Shown piece after piece: positions 27,301-39,300 of a stretch of 64,000 nucleotides of DNA. Every line of letters begins with the position of its first letter. Within the stretch, counting starts at the first letter, position 1. Where the stretch lies: positions 14,384,001-14,448,000 of the forward strand of contig NC_135808.1 of NCBI RefSeq assembly GCF_964213995.1, given 5' to 3'. Origin of the DNA: Mustelus asterias. Its lineage: Eukaryota. The position numbers were made by a program, and so were the translations under genes. The notes beneath the pieces are model-generated. The model was not told where the DNA came from. It worked only from the letters and a program-made list of their open reading frames with translations, and ran no database searches.

Positions 27301-30300
27301 GGTCAACAAGTATCTATTTGAGTAAGATTGCCATTTGCTTTATTGTACTCTCGAGACAATAGATTTCGAAGGAAAGGGTAATACAGCAATGTGGAAAGTG
27401 AATTCCATATTTTTGCTAAAGCACATAAGCCTTCTGCCAATTAGAAGAGCAGCATTACAATCACAACGTCTGTGCTCTGTTCAAAATATGAATTCAACAG
27501 AAGTTCAATGACACTCACATGCAGGCTGGAGATAGAGGATTCACGGTTGCGACCTATCTTTATGGTTTTAGGAACAGCAAGGCAGCTCGAAGAAAAGTAC
27601 AAAGGTACGCACATGCGAATTTATATTCCACAGAATTATGTCACTTATTAATATTGTAATATTACTTTAAACCATTTAAAGGAAATGGACATTTTTCCGT
27701 TTTGTGATACCCACCTTCTGTGGAATAATAATGAATTATAATTTTTAGCTTGCTATCCTTTAGTTTGCTTCCTATATATGATCGGTGGAGTGACTTTTTA
27801 GTTAAACGTTCAATTAATATCGTCTGGTAACTTCTGAACTTCTTCACTCGTAACCAACATCTTTCAATCTTGGTGCATAAAATCAATAAAGCTTTATTCA
27901 GGCGAAATGTTGCACCACATCACAGGAAGAACTCAGTTAAAACCATATCGTTGTTGCTGTCATCCGGAGNNNNNNNNNNNNNNNNNNNNNNNNNNNNNNN
28001 NNNNNNNNNNNNNNNNNNNNNNNNNNNNNNNNNNNNNNNNNNNNNNNNNNNNNNNNNNNNNNNNNNNNNNNNNNNNNNNNNNNNNNNNNNNNNNNNNNNN
28101 NNNNNNNNNNNNNNNNNNNNNNNNNNNNNNNNNNNNNNNNNNNNNNNNNNNNNNNNNNNNNNNNNNNNNNNNNNNNNNNNNNNNNNNNNNNNNNNNNNNN
28201 NNNNNNNNNNNNNNNNNNNNNNNNNNNNNNNNNNNNNNNNNNNNNNNNNNNNNNNNNNNNNNNNNNNNNNNNNNNNNNNNNNNNNNNNNNNNNNNNNNNN
28301 NNNNNNNNNNNNNNNNNNNNNNNNNNNNNNNNNNNNNNNNNNNNNNNNNNNNNNNNNNNNNNNNNNNNNNNNNNNNNNNNNNNNNNNNNNNNNNNNNNNN
28401 NNNNNNNNNNNNNNNNNNNNNNNNNNNNNNNNNNNNNNNNNNNNNNNNNNNNATGATGTTCTCACCAGAAAGTAAAAAAAACAACTTCCTAACAAGAATG
28501 ATAAAAAGCAAAAACCAAGTTTAGCAAATGGAAAGCCGAATAGAGAAAAATGATCCACGGGATACATTAATTACGTGAAACAGGATGAGATTGACAGTCA
28601 GGTGACGCGCTGTCACTGGACATACTGAACATTGCAGGTGAAACAAACCGTTATTGGGCTGTTCCGTGATGGACAGGCAACAAGTTAAAATCGATGTGGA
28701 CACCAAAACAGTAAATCGTTGGTATGATAAAGTGTTTACCAAGAGAAACCATGACATATTCCATTAAAACCCTAAAATATAATAGAAAACTTACACTGGG
28801 GAAGCGACTGCATTGTGGGGCCGTATTGCAAGTGCACCAAATGATCAGACTGCAGACTTTCCCCTGCACATAATTAAAGGTAACTATCCAGCCCTAATGA
28901 GGAGGACCTGCTGAAGAGAATCATGCTAAGTTGGGACAAGGTGAATGTCCTGTCAGTGTCTGAAGCAGGTCGACGGAAGATTTGAAAGAATCATGCCATT
29001 GTTTATAATGGGAACTGGAAAGCGTGAGACTGATCTCAGTCAAGGTAAATATTCAGGAAGAACGTGATGCAATATGCTTAAAGGGTAGGTGAGTGCCATC
29101 GGGCATCAGGCCAAATGTTGCTGCTGAATGCATAGGTCATGCGTTTGAGCCACGTTAATGGTACCCTGATGAAGAACAATGTCTCAGGAAGCATATGTGG
29201 GAACTTTTAAGCCACTTAGAATTCGGTACTGTTTGTGGAGCAGCGCCCCCTGCCTTTAATTGGTGATTTGTTTGCTGTCTTGGTTGGATGCCAGCATTTC
29301 AGCAAAGCTGACCTTAGTCAAGCTTAACTCCAGAGAAATATGGAGCCAGATTCACAATAATATTTGACAATCGTGACGCACAAAAGAATATTCACATATG
29401 AAAGACTTCCATTTTGCATTATGTCTGTAGTTGAGTGGTTCCAACATGCCATGCATAGGTCAAATTCAAAGCAGACTAGAAGGCGTCAAGTTCTGCTTAG
29501 ACAATATCTAACTTTCATGGGCATTGCTTTTACATTGGTCTTTTTTGGAATAACAAAATCATAATCACAATTACCTAATATCCCCCTACTTCACAACTTG
29601 GTTTTCAAAAATACAAAGTCATATCGACTCTCTGTCCCTGACATCTGTTTCTTGCTCTCTCTCTCTCTCTGCGTTTTCTTCTGGAACGCATCTGCTCATG
29701 TCTCCAATGAGGTCGGTGATGTTCCCATCGCTCCCTCGCTATCTCCCTGCCTCACTCTGCTGTGTTCTTTACAGGGAATGCGTGTATTTCCGATCAGGTA
29801 CATGAAGTGTAAGTTGTTGCAAGAATGAACATTATGCACGTTACCTAAAGGAAGAAGAAATTATTGTTTCAGTTAGTCATTTCGAATTTCCCACCCTGGG
29901 ACGTTTTGTTATTTCAGAATTAGGATCATTAAAAGAAGCAGTGAAAGAAATGGGTGAGTAAACGGAAAACTGAATAATCAATTTGAATAAAATGGGACAG
30001 GAAATAGAGGAAAAACAGCAAGAATGGAATATGTGCCATCATCGGAAATGGTCTCCGAATATAACAACTTCCATTTGTACTTGGTCTGATTAATGAGTTC
30101 CGAACGCTCCAGGCACAGGTCAGCGAATACCTATTAAGTAAGATTGCCATTTGCTTTATTGTACTCTCAAGGCAATAGATTTCTCAGGAAATGGTAATAC
30201 AGCAATAGGGAAAGTGAATTCCACATTTTTACGAAAGCACATAAACCTTCTGCCAATCAGAAGAGCAGCATTACGATCACAACTCCTGTGCTCTATTCAA

Positions 30301-33300
30301 AATATGAATTCAACAGATGTTCTATGAAACATGTAGAATGGAGATAGAGGATTCACGGTCGCGACTCATTTAACCGTTTTAGGAACAGCAAGGCACCTGG
30401 AAGAAAAGTACAAAGGTACGCCCATCTGAATTTATATTCCACAGAATGATGTCACGTATTAATTTTGTAATATTATTTTGACAATTTTAACGGAATTCGA
30501 AATCTGTCCGTTTTGTGATACCCACTTTCAGTGGGGTAATAATGAATAATCATTTTTAATATGCTTGCTTTCAATGTATGATCGGTGGAGTGACTATTTG
30601 TTGCTTAATTTCGTTTGTGTGAATGAAACGCTTATTTAACTTCGTTGAAAAAAGCTACAAGAATTTCGATAGTAGACATGTGTGGGCAATAAAAATCACA
30701 CTGATGGTAGAAGAGCTCGGAACACAACTATTTGATTTGGTTTGATTTATTATTGTCACATGTATCAATATACAGTAAAAGTTATTGTTTCTTGCGCTAT
30801 ACTGATAAAGCATACCGTTCATAGCGAAAGAAAGGAGAGATTGCAGAATGTAGTATTACAATCATAGGTAGGATGTAGAGAAAGATCAAATTAAAACAAG
30901 GTACGTCCATTCTGAAGTCTGATGACAGCAGGGAAAAAATGTTCTCCAGTCGGTTGGGACGTGTCCTCAGACTTTTGTACCTTTTTCCTGACGGAAGAAA
31001 GTGGAAGAGAGTTTGTCCAGGGTGCGTGGAGTCCTTGCTTATGCTGGCCGCTTTTCCGAGGCAGCAGGAAGTGCAGACAAAGTGAATGGATGGGAGGCTG
31101 GTTTGCGTGATGTACTGGGCTTCTTTCACGATCCTTTGTAGCTTTTTGGCAGTCTTGGGCTGAGCAGGAGCCATACCAAGGTGTGATATCACCAGAGACA
31201 ATGCTTTCTATGGCGCATCTGTAAAAGTCGGCGAGATTCTTAGAGGACATGCCACACTTCCGTAGGCCCCTGAGAAACTAGAGGCATTGGTGGGCTTTCT
31301 TAACTATTTCCTCAGCTTGTAGGAACCAGGACAGGTTGTTGGTGATCTGGCACCTAGAAACCTGAAGCTCTTGACCATTTCTGCTTCGCCCCCGTTGATG
31401 TAGACTGGCGCATGTCCCTTCTTCGTTTTGTTGATTTCGTTTTTCCTCCTTCGTTTTGTTAACATTGAGTGAGAATTTATTGTCGTCGCACCAGTTCACC
31501 AGATTCTCTTTCCTGTCCGCTGTCTCATCATTGTTTGAGTTTTGCTGAGGACTACTGTGAAATGTGAAGAAGAAAATTTCTGTGCAGAGTGGCAGTGAAC
31601 TGCAACATGGTTCCTGCAAAGGTGGCGGAAGTAGAGAAGACCAATACTTTCAATCGGATGGGCAGTTCTGAAGGAAACATTTGCATGGCTATTGGGATGC
31701 AATGCGTGGTTGGCAGACTGAATTCCTCAACCGCTTGCCAGTATGGGCAAGATGGCCTGAAAGGCCTTCTTCTGTAATGTTATGAGTTAGAGTCCAATGC
31801 AATGAAATGTTTTATTGTTGCTGATTATTTCACAGGACGTGGGCGTCGCTGGCTAGGCCATAGTTCATTGCCTATTCACAACTGCCACTGAGAAGGCAAC
31901 GCTGAGCCACCTCCTTGAGCGCCTGCAGTATCTCCCAGAAGTTGGTATCTCATAGAACACACCCAGGACCGTAATACTGCCTCAATTTTTGTAGCTCTAA
32001 ACAAATGGTTCCGTTCCTTGACACTAACATTCCATCTTCAGTATTGTAATTATCCACAATATGTTATGCCTTCTTTTCAGCCAGGACTACGTTTTCACCA
32101 TGATATAATATCCCCGCATCTCTATCTTCTTGTAATTTCTGACCTTCACTATTAACCAATCTACCAATCTTGGTGTATAATATCAATGAAACTTCATACA
32201 GGCGAAATGTTGCACCACATCTCAGGAAGAATTCAATTAAAACCATAATGTGGCAATCATCCGGAAAAAAGTTGGTGTCTGGCAAGTGAACGGATATTCA
32301 AGAGGCAGATAATTAGCAGGACTGGCCGCTCGAGAACTGGCCGCTGCCCACAGGTGCAACAGAGAACAAAGAACAAAGAAAATTACAGCACAGGACCAGG
32401 CCCTTCGGCCCTCCAAGCCTGCACCGACCATGCTGCCCGACTTAACTAAAGCCCCCTACCCTTCCGGGGACCATATCCCTCCATCCCTATCTCATTCATG
32501 TACTTGTTCAAGACGCCCCTTAAAAGTCACTACCGCACCCGCTTCCACTACTTCCCCTGGTAGCGAGTTTCAGGCACTCACCACCCTCGGTGTAAAAAAC
32601 TTGCCTCGTACATCTCTTTTAAACCTTACCCCTCGCATCGTAAATCTATGCCCCCTAGTAATGCACACTTCCGTCCTGGGAAACAGCTTCTGACTATCCA
32701 CTCTGTCCATGCCCCTCATAGTCATGTAGACTTCTATCAGGTCGCCCCTCAATCTCGTCGTTCCAGTGAGAACAAACCAAGTTTCTCCAACCTCTCCTCA
32801 TAGCTAATGCCCTCCATATCAGGCAACATCCTGGTAAATCTTTTCTGTACCCTCTCCAAAGCCTCCACATCCTTTTGATAGTGTGGCGACCAGAATTGAA
32901 CACTATATTCCAAAAGTGCTCTAACTAAAGTTCTATAGAGTTGTAACATGTCTTGCCAATTTTTAAACTCAATGCCCTGGCCGATAAAGGGAAGCATGCC
33001 GTATGCCTTCTTGACTACCTTCTCCACCTGCACTGCCACTTTCAGTCATCTGTGTACCTGTACACCCAGATCCCTTTGCCTATCAATAGTCCTAAGGGTT
33101 CTGCCATTGACTGTATATTTCCTATCTGTATTAGACCTTCCAAAATGCATTACCTCACATTTGTCCGTACTAAACTCCATCTGCCATCTCTCTGCCCAAG
33201 TCTCCAACTGATCTATATCCTGCTGTATCCCCTGATGGTCCTCATCGCTGTCCGCAATTCCACCAACCTTTGTGTCGTCTGCAAACATACTAATCAATCC

Positions 33301-36300
33301 AGTTACATTTTCCTTCAAATCATTTCTATATATTGCAAACAGGAAGAAATGTTTTACACAGGAAGGATATTCTCAAGATTAGCTCCCCGTGCATGTGTCT
33401 GCTGAGAGGATAAGTATGATACGAGAGAAAAACATCCCTGTGATATCGAAATTATGCTTTATTGATTACTCTGTCGTTCATTGTGTGTTCTTTGCAGGAG
33501 TGTTGAATACGGACTGTGCTGGTATGAACTCTGAATTGGAGCACTTTAATTGAAAGAAAAATATTAGTTTAGTAATGATTTAGTGAGACTAAGAGAAAAC
33601 ACAGCTTTATTAAACTGCACATGTGATTTTGGATGTAATAATTTCGCTGGTATATTGCAGTTGCTACTTAATTTAAATGTATTTTCATTGACCACGATTT
33701 TCAGTTGCTCCATTTTCCCAGCACATACGTTTTCTGCTCCTCTTTATATCCTTGGATTAAAGATACAGCTTCTCGACCGATTGCCTGATGCAGAAAATCA
33801 GAGAAAGGTAGTGGGTAGCGAGGGGACGACATTGCACTCAAACACTGCTGAAGTATGTAGTGCCAGTCATCAAATTGCCAGCACATGAATGGAAAGGAAA
33901 CTGGGACGTGAAATATAATGCGCGGATAAATCATTTGATTTTCAGCATGTTTATTCTAAATAGTCTCCGCTTTTTCAGGATAAATTTAAACTAATATAAT
34001 CATAAATACAACTCATATTTTCTTTGATTGCTCATTAATGAGTGACTTTCTTACTTACTATCCCGAAATTTCTGTTTATTAACCGTGGTGATCAGTTGGA
34101 ATTTCTTATTAGGATTTGCCTGTTGCTTTGAAAGTGCTTTACGACTCGAGTCTATTTACATTATCTCATTTTTAGATTGCAAAAAATTGGTTCTAATGAG
34201 CAGTAAGTAGTTTTTTGCAATTTCTGGTTAATTTAGTGTTCATTACTGGAAATCGATGGCTTCGCATGTAATTTATTTAACACTATTTTCGGAAGAAGGC
34301 AATCCGCTTTTACAATGATTTAAGTCATTTGATTTTTTTCAGTAATGTAATTTAGATCTTCTGCATTAAATCGTGCATCGACTGTTACGTTATTTAAGAT
34401 TCTTTCTTGTTTACTGCTCCATTGATTCGCCACAACTGTAGAACCAATTTCGCTTCGATTTCAATTTAACATACGAACGGGACGTGAGTCGATACATTGA
34501 GATTGATTTAAATAAACAGTGGAGGATGAATGTCAAATTATATAGAAGTACAAAGAATGATTGGACAGGCACGGGCCATTAGATTTACCACTCCATTTCC
34601 AGTGTTTGTGTTCCACATTAGGTTCCTCAAACCCTTTTTTGTCTGCATTCTTTCTATTAATTCCTCCTTCCTGTACATAAAGGTTTCCGTGATATTTGCC
34701 TCACGTACTTCATGTGTTGGCCAGCTCTAAATTTTAATTGCGCTCTGGATGAAGATGTTCCTGCTGAATATGTGATTGGATTTTATTTTGACTATTATAG
34801 TTTTGGACTTCCAAAGCGCGAGATATATTCTTTAGTCTGCATTATTAATCCACCTCATAGGGTTAGGGACCTCTACTAATATACCCCAGGATGCCTCCTG
34901 CTTATAGAGAATGAAATAAAAAGTTACATGTAACTTAAAATGGAATGTTAACTCTCGATTAGTTATTTTTACGATGCAAATACTACCGACATGCCTTACC
35001 ATGATCATACAGCACATATTCGAACTCTGTGAAGCATGAAGAAAAGTATCAGAACATATTTGTGCACTGCACTGAATGATTGGTAAATTAGACAAATTCT
35101 ACTCTACTTCTGTCTCGCGGACTGGAACCCTCTTAGATCAGTTGTAAACGCTGTGAATCGGCAAACAAGGGGACATGCAAATATTAATGAAAATGAGAAG
35201 TGCAGAATTTCTTTTGGACAGCTGCCCACTGAGGCCTAGTTGTCTTTCAACATGTTTCGAACAGTATTGCTGTCGTGTACCATAGCGCCTTGAAGCGCTG
35301 TTCTGTTAACACATGTCTATAAAGTTATAGTTCAAAGACGAAAAGCAGAGAACAGGCCATGAGCATTTGCAATGTTAGAATTTACATGTATTTTTCTTGT
35401 AGTGAGACAACTACTCCGCAAAGACGCAGGTGAGCAAGCATATAGGACTTATTGGCCGATCCTATAAGATTATCCGTACTTCGAAATCGACCCTTGTTAG
35501 TCGGCTTCCGCATATTTTCCAGTAAAGTAAAGTTTATTTATTAGTCACAAGTGGGCTTTCATTAACACTGCAATGAAGTCCCCTCGTCGCCACACTCCGG
35601 CGCCTGTTTGGTTTCACTGATGGAGAATTTACCATGGCCAATGCACCAAACTAGCACATCTTTCGGAATGTGGGAGGAAACCCGAGCACCCGGAGGAAAC
35701 CCACGCAGACGCACGGAGAACGTGCAGACTCCGCACAGACAGTGACACAAGCCGGGATTCGAATCCGGGTCACTAGTGACGTGAGGCAGCTGTGCTAACA
35801 ACTGCGCCAGCGCGCCGCCCCTTAGGTCAGTAGCAAAATCTTACAACTACTTTTTAAAAAATCATTCCTGAAATCTGGGAACCGCTGGCTGTGCTTGCAT
35901 TTATTGCCCATCGCCAATTGCCCCTCAACTGAGCTTGGTGCATTCAACCATATTGCTATGCGTCTAGAGTCAGCCAGATGAGGTAAGAACAGCAGATCTC
36001 TTAAAGGGCGCCATGTGTTTTAAAAATGCATATGATAATTGCTTCACTGTCATCATTAGGTTTTCAACTCCAGATTCTTGTTTAATTACAATACCTGTTG
36101 TGGTGGGATTAGAATCGAAGCCCCCACAGAATTGCATTCCATCTCTAAATTACGAGGCCCGTGACAATACCACTAAGCCACGACCTCCTGTTAGCTTGCA
36201 ATATCCCTGCTCCGCCTTTCTGATGAAAATGCGAAAGTATTCTGAAGCACGTGGGACGGTCCTGTTAATAATATGAGGACATTTTTGACTTTCTAGTTCT

Positions 36301-39300
36301 TACGAATTGCATCGGTGAACAGCAATAATTCGAGTCGTCAAGGAGGGGTTTTAATGCAATGCAGAGGGAAAGCAAGTGGAAAATCTGCCCTATAAAAAAG
36401 AACAACTTAATTTATATGACACTCTTACGGAGTAAAACATTCCAAGGTGCGCTGCAGTAGTGTTGCAAAAGTAATTATTACACAGAGCTACAACAGTGGA
36501 TACTCTGTCAGTCGACCAAAAAAAATGGTTTTCAGGCGTCTCCTAAAACGAAGTGAGCAACTTTAAATGGTGGAAAGGTGTGGGGAGGGGACTCCAGAGC
36601 TCAGGCCCTCGACAGTTGAAGGTAAGACAACGAATGTTGGAGGAATTGATATATAAAATGTTCAGGACAAAGAATTAGACAAACAGAGAGGGTATTATAC
36701 ATATGGAGGAGCATGGGTAGCCATGGAGTGAATGACAGCAACAATAAAAGCCTAAGCCAAAACGGTGCTTCACTGCGAGCTACAGTTTGACAGATGAAAT
36801 TGAATTGTTGTGAGTTAGAGGCTTGAATGAACTCACCTTTATACAAGGTAGAATGTAAGAGACCAGCAGTGCCTAGAATAGTCAAGTCGAGAGGTAACAA
36901 ATGTTTCGGCTCTGTGCACCTCACTACGCAATTTTTGCAGCAGTGGCCAGGCAGTTAGAGGATCTGACAAAAGAACAACGCCATATTCATCTGAGTTACA
37001 GAGGACTCTAGCCAGTGGCGAGCTTTCCCATGATCATACTGATCTCAACTACTCCTTGACACAGCGCTGCTTCAAGTTCTACCTTGATGTCAAAAGCAGT
37101 AAATCTCTCTTCAATTCTGCAATTTAACTCTTTAGCGCACATATGCACCAAGGCTGATGTAACGTTTGGAGTTGAATGATCCATGTTGATTTGTAGACGA
37201 TTGTCACTTTGCAGTCCTGTCAACTACACCTCTCATCACTTTCTTAGTGACATAGAATAGATTGCTGTGGTAATTGGTCGGATTGAAGTTATCGTCCCTG
37301 CTGTAGCTATGACGTCTCTGAAAATAAATTATCCACTTTCTTGGGTAGATACAAGTGTGCCTGCTGTTCTACAGTACTTTGAGTAGAGGTATAGGTAATT
37401 CTGGAACATAATTCTTCATCAATACAGCCAGAATATTGACACGACTCATCGTTTTCATCGTACCCAGTGAGATCAACAGTTGCTTGTTGTTGTGAATAAA
37501 ATTGTCTGTACGCTGTCGTCTGTGATGGTGAGCCCTCAGTAGAAAGCTGAGATGGATGATGCACTCGGAAATTCTCACTGAAAATTGTTGTAAATGCTTC
37601 AGCCTTGCATGTGGCACTCACATGCTATGCTCAACCATCGCTGAGAGTTGGAGTGTTCATGGTGCTTCTTCCACCGGTTTGTACAGCTTAATTGTACAGA
37701 ACGGGAGAAGTATTGTAGGTATGGATGTCGGGTTGTTTCTCTTTTCAACGCATGAATCCAGTCCCGTGTTATAGCGTCGCAAGACTGGCAAATATCATTA
37801 GGTTTCGCAAATGCTGCTCCAGGCATGCGTTTCGAAATTTCTCGGGCAATCAGTGTTTGTCTTCTGGCTTGATGGCACTTGCCGAGTGTCGGACAATGAG
37901 AATGAAAACTGAACTTTTATTTAACTCTTACTGCTGATGATATACCTGTCTATTGGATGTTCAGTTTTGAATTGATCAGTATGTCCAATTAACATGTTGG
38001 TGCCAACAGCACAATGGAGATTATTCAAGTGTGAAATGAGGACATTATCACTATATGGAGAGGCAATTGGGCGCAAGCAAAGTGGGACGATAGCTAGAGT
38101 GGTTTTCCTGCGTGTTGTTTCTCTCACAATCCACTTCAAACTCAATGTAGCAGCTCCGTAGTTAAGATTCAGAATAGTCGGTCCTAAGTGATTGTACGGA
38201 GAAATCATTCTGTGTCAAACGCCCACCAGGCTAGAAGGTGTAATAATTGGTATGAAAAATTGTTGAGCTCTCACCAGTCATAGCTGAGAATGCTGTTGGA
38301 TTATTGTAAAAAAAGAACTAATTTGTTCATAAATCATCTTTCAGGGAAAGACACCCATCACCCTGAACCTAGTCGCCCATATGCTGTACCCAATGCATAT
38401 TAGAATTAGAACCGTATTAGAATTCACAACAAAAACGCTTGTCGGGATGCTTGTTGTGGGTTGTAGTTAAAGACCTGGCAGGGTTACCACCAACCAGAAG
38501 ATATCTAAGAACATCAGTCAAACCGTAATCCAGTATTTTATGTGATTTAAAAATGTATTGTAACTTACTTTGTACATTATTTAAACTAAGTTGGAATTCA
38601 CGACATATTTCTTTCCATTTGCGTTGATTTAAATAGCACAACATTTCGTGGTATAATATATGTATATATTTATATAAATAAAATTTTATATGATATATAG
38701 ACTTATAAATAAACTTATAACTTATTTATTTTTGTTAGCTCTAGATTTCGGTTTCGTGGTATAATATGCATACAGACAAAATGTTTATAGTTCGATTTCT
38801 CTGACTTTAAAATATTGAGCATAACCCAGTGCCTGAAAATTAAACTGCTTTTCATTCATCCGTGATTCCAGAAATTAGCAACCTGAAGGCAAAGCTACGC
38901 GCTTGTGGTGGTTTAACAGGTAAGTAGCTATTTGCCACTTTTGGGCCATATGTATGCGCAGCGAACGAACAGACTATCACATAAGCTAGTTCCAAAACTG
39001 GGTTTAAAATCGCTAATCAAAGAATGATCACAGCACAATGATATGCACTTGGATCATGCCGCCAAAAAACCTTTTAGACCGACTTAATGAATATTTGCAT
39101 CTACTTGTACGCGCATACGTACCATAACGAAAACATAACATATACTCACTTGTACAGAGCGATTTTATATTACCATTCCCGTCAACATTTGATGTCAACC
39201 ATCATTGCGTGGATCTACTTATTTCGCCGTGCAAACAGAGAAGATGGCGATATAACAGCTTTTATTTGGAGGGAGGACCGTATTAGAATTCACAACAAGA

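Larger units (their letters stand above)
1..32290 (+). repeat. Tandem segmental array of seven diverged units (core ~2.8 kb), each carrying microexon A and usually microexon B
   Basis: The same landmarks (ctccaatgagg..ggtgatgttc; catttcag-exon A-gtgagt; cgttttag-exon B-gta) recur near 0.3, 7.8, 11.2, 18.8, 23.9, 27.1 and 29.9 kb. A6-to-A7 spacing is 2816 bp; other spacings are inflated by TE insertions. Confidence 0.95.

Noticed and set aside
33763-33807. 45-nt exon candidate ([15 protein letters not shown])
   Set aside because: Weak acceptor and donor, and it contains TGA in phase 1.
35760-35821. tRNA-like A/B boxes (also in other SINEs)
   Set aside because: These are SINE heads joined to V-domains, not complete tRNA genes.
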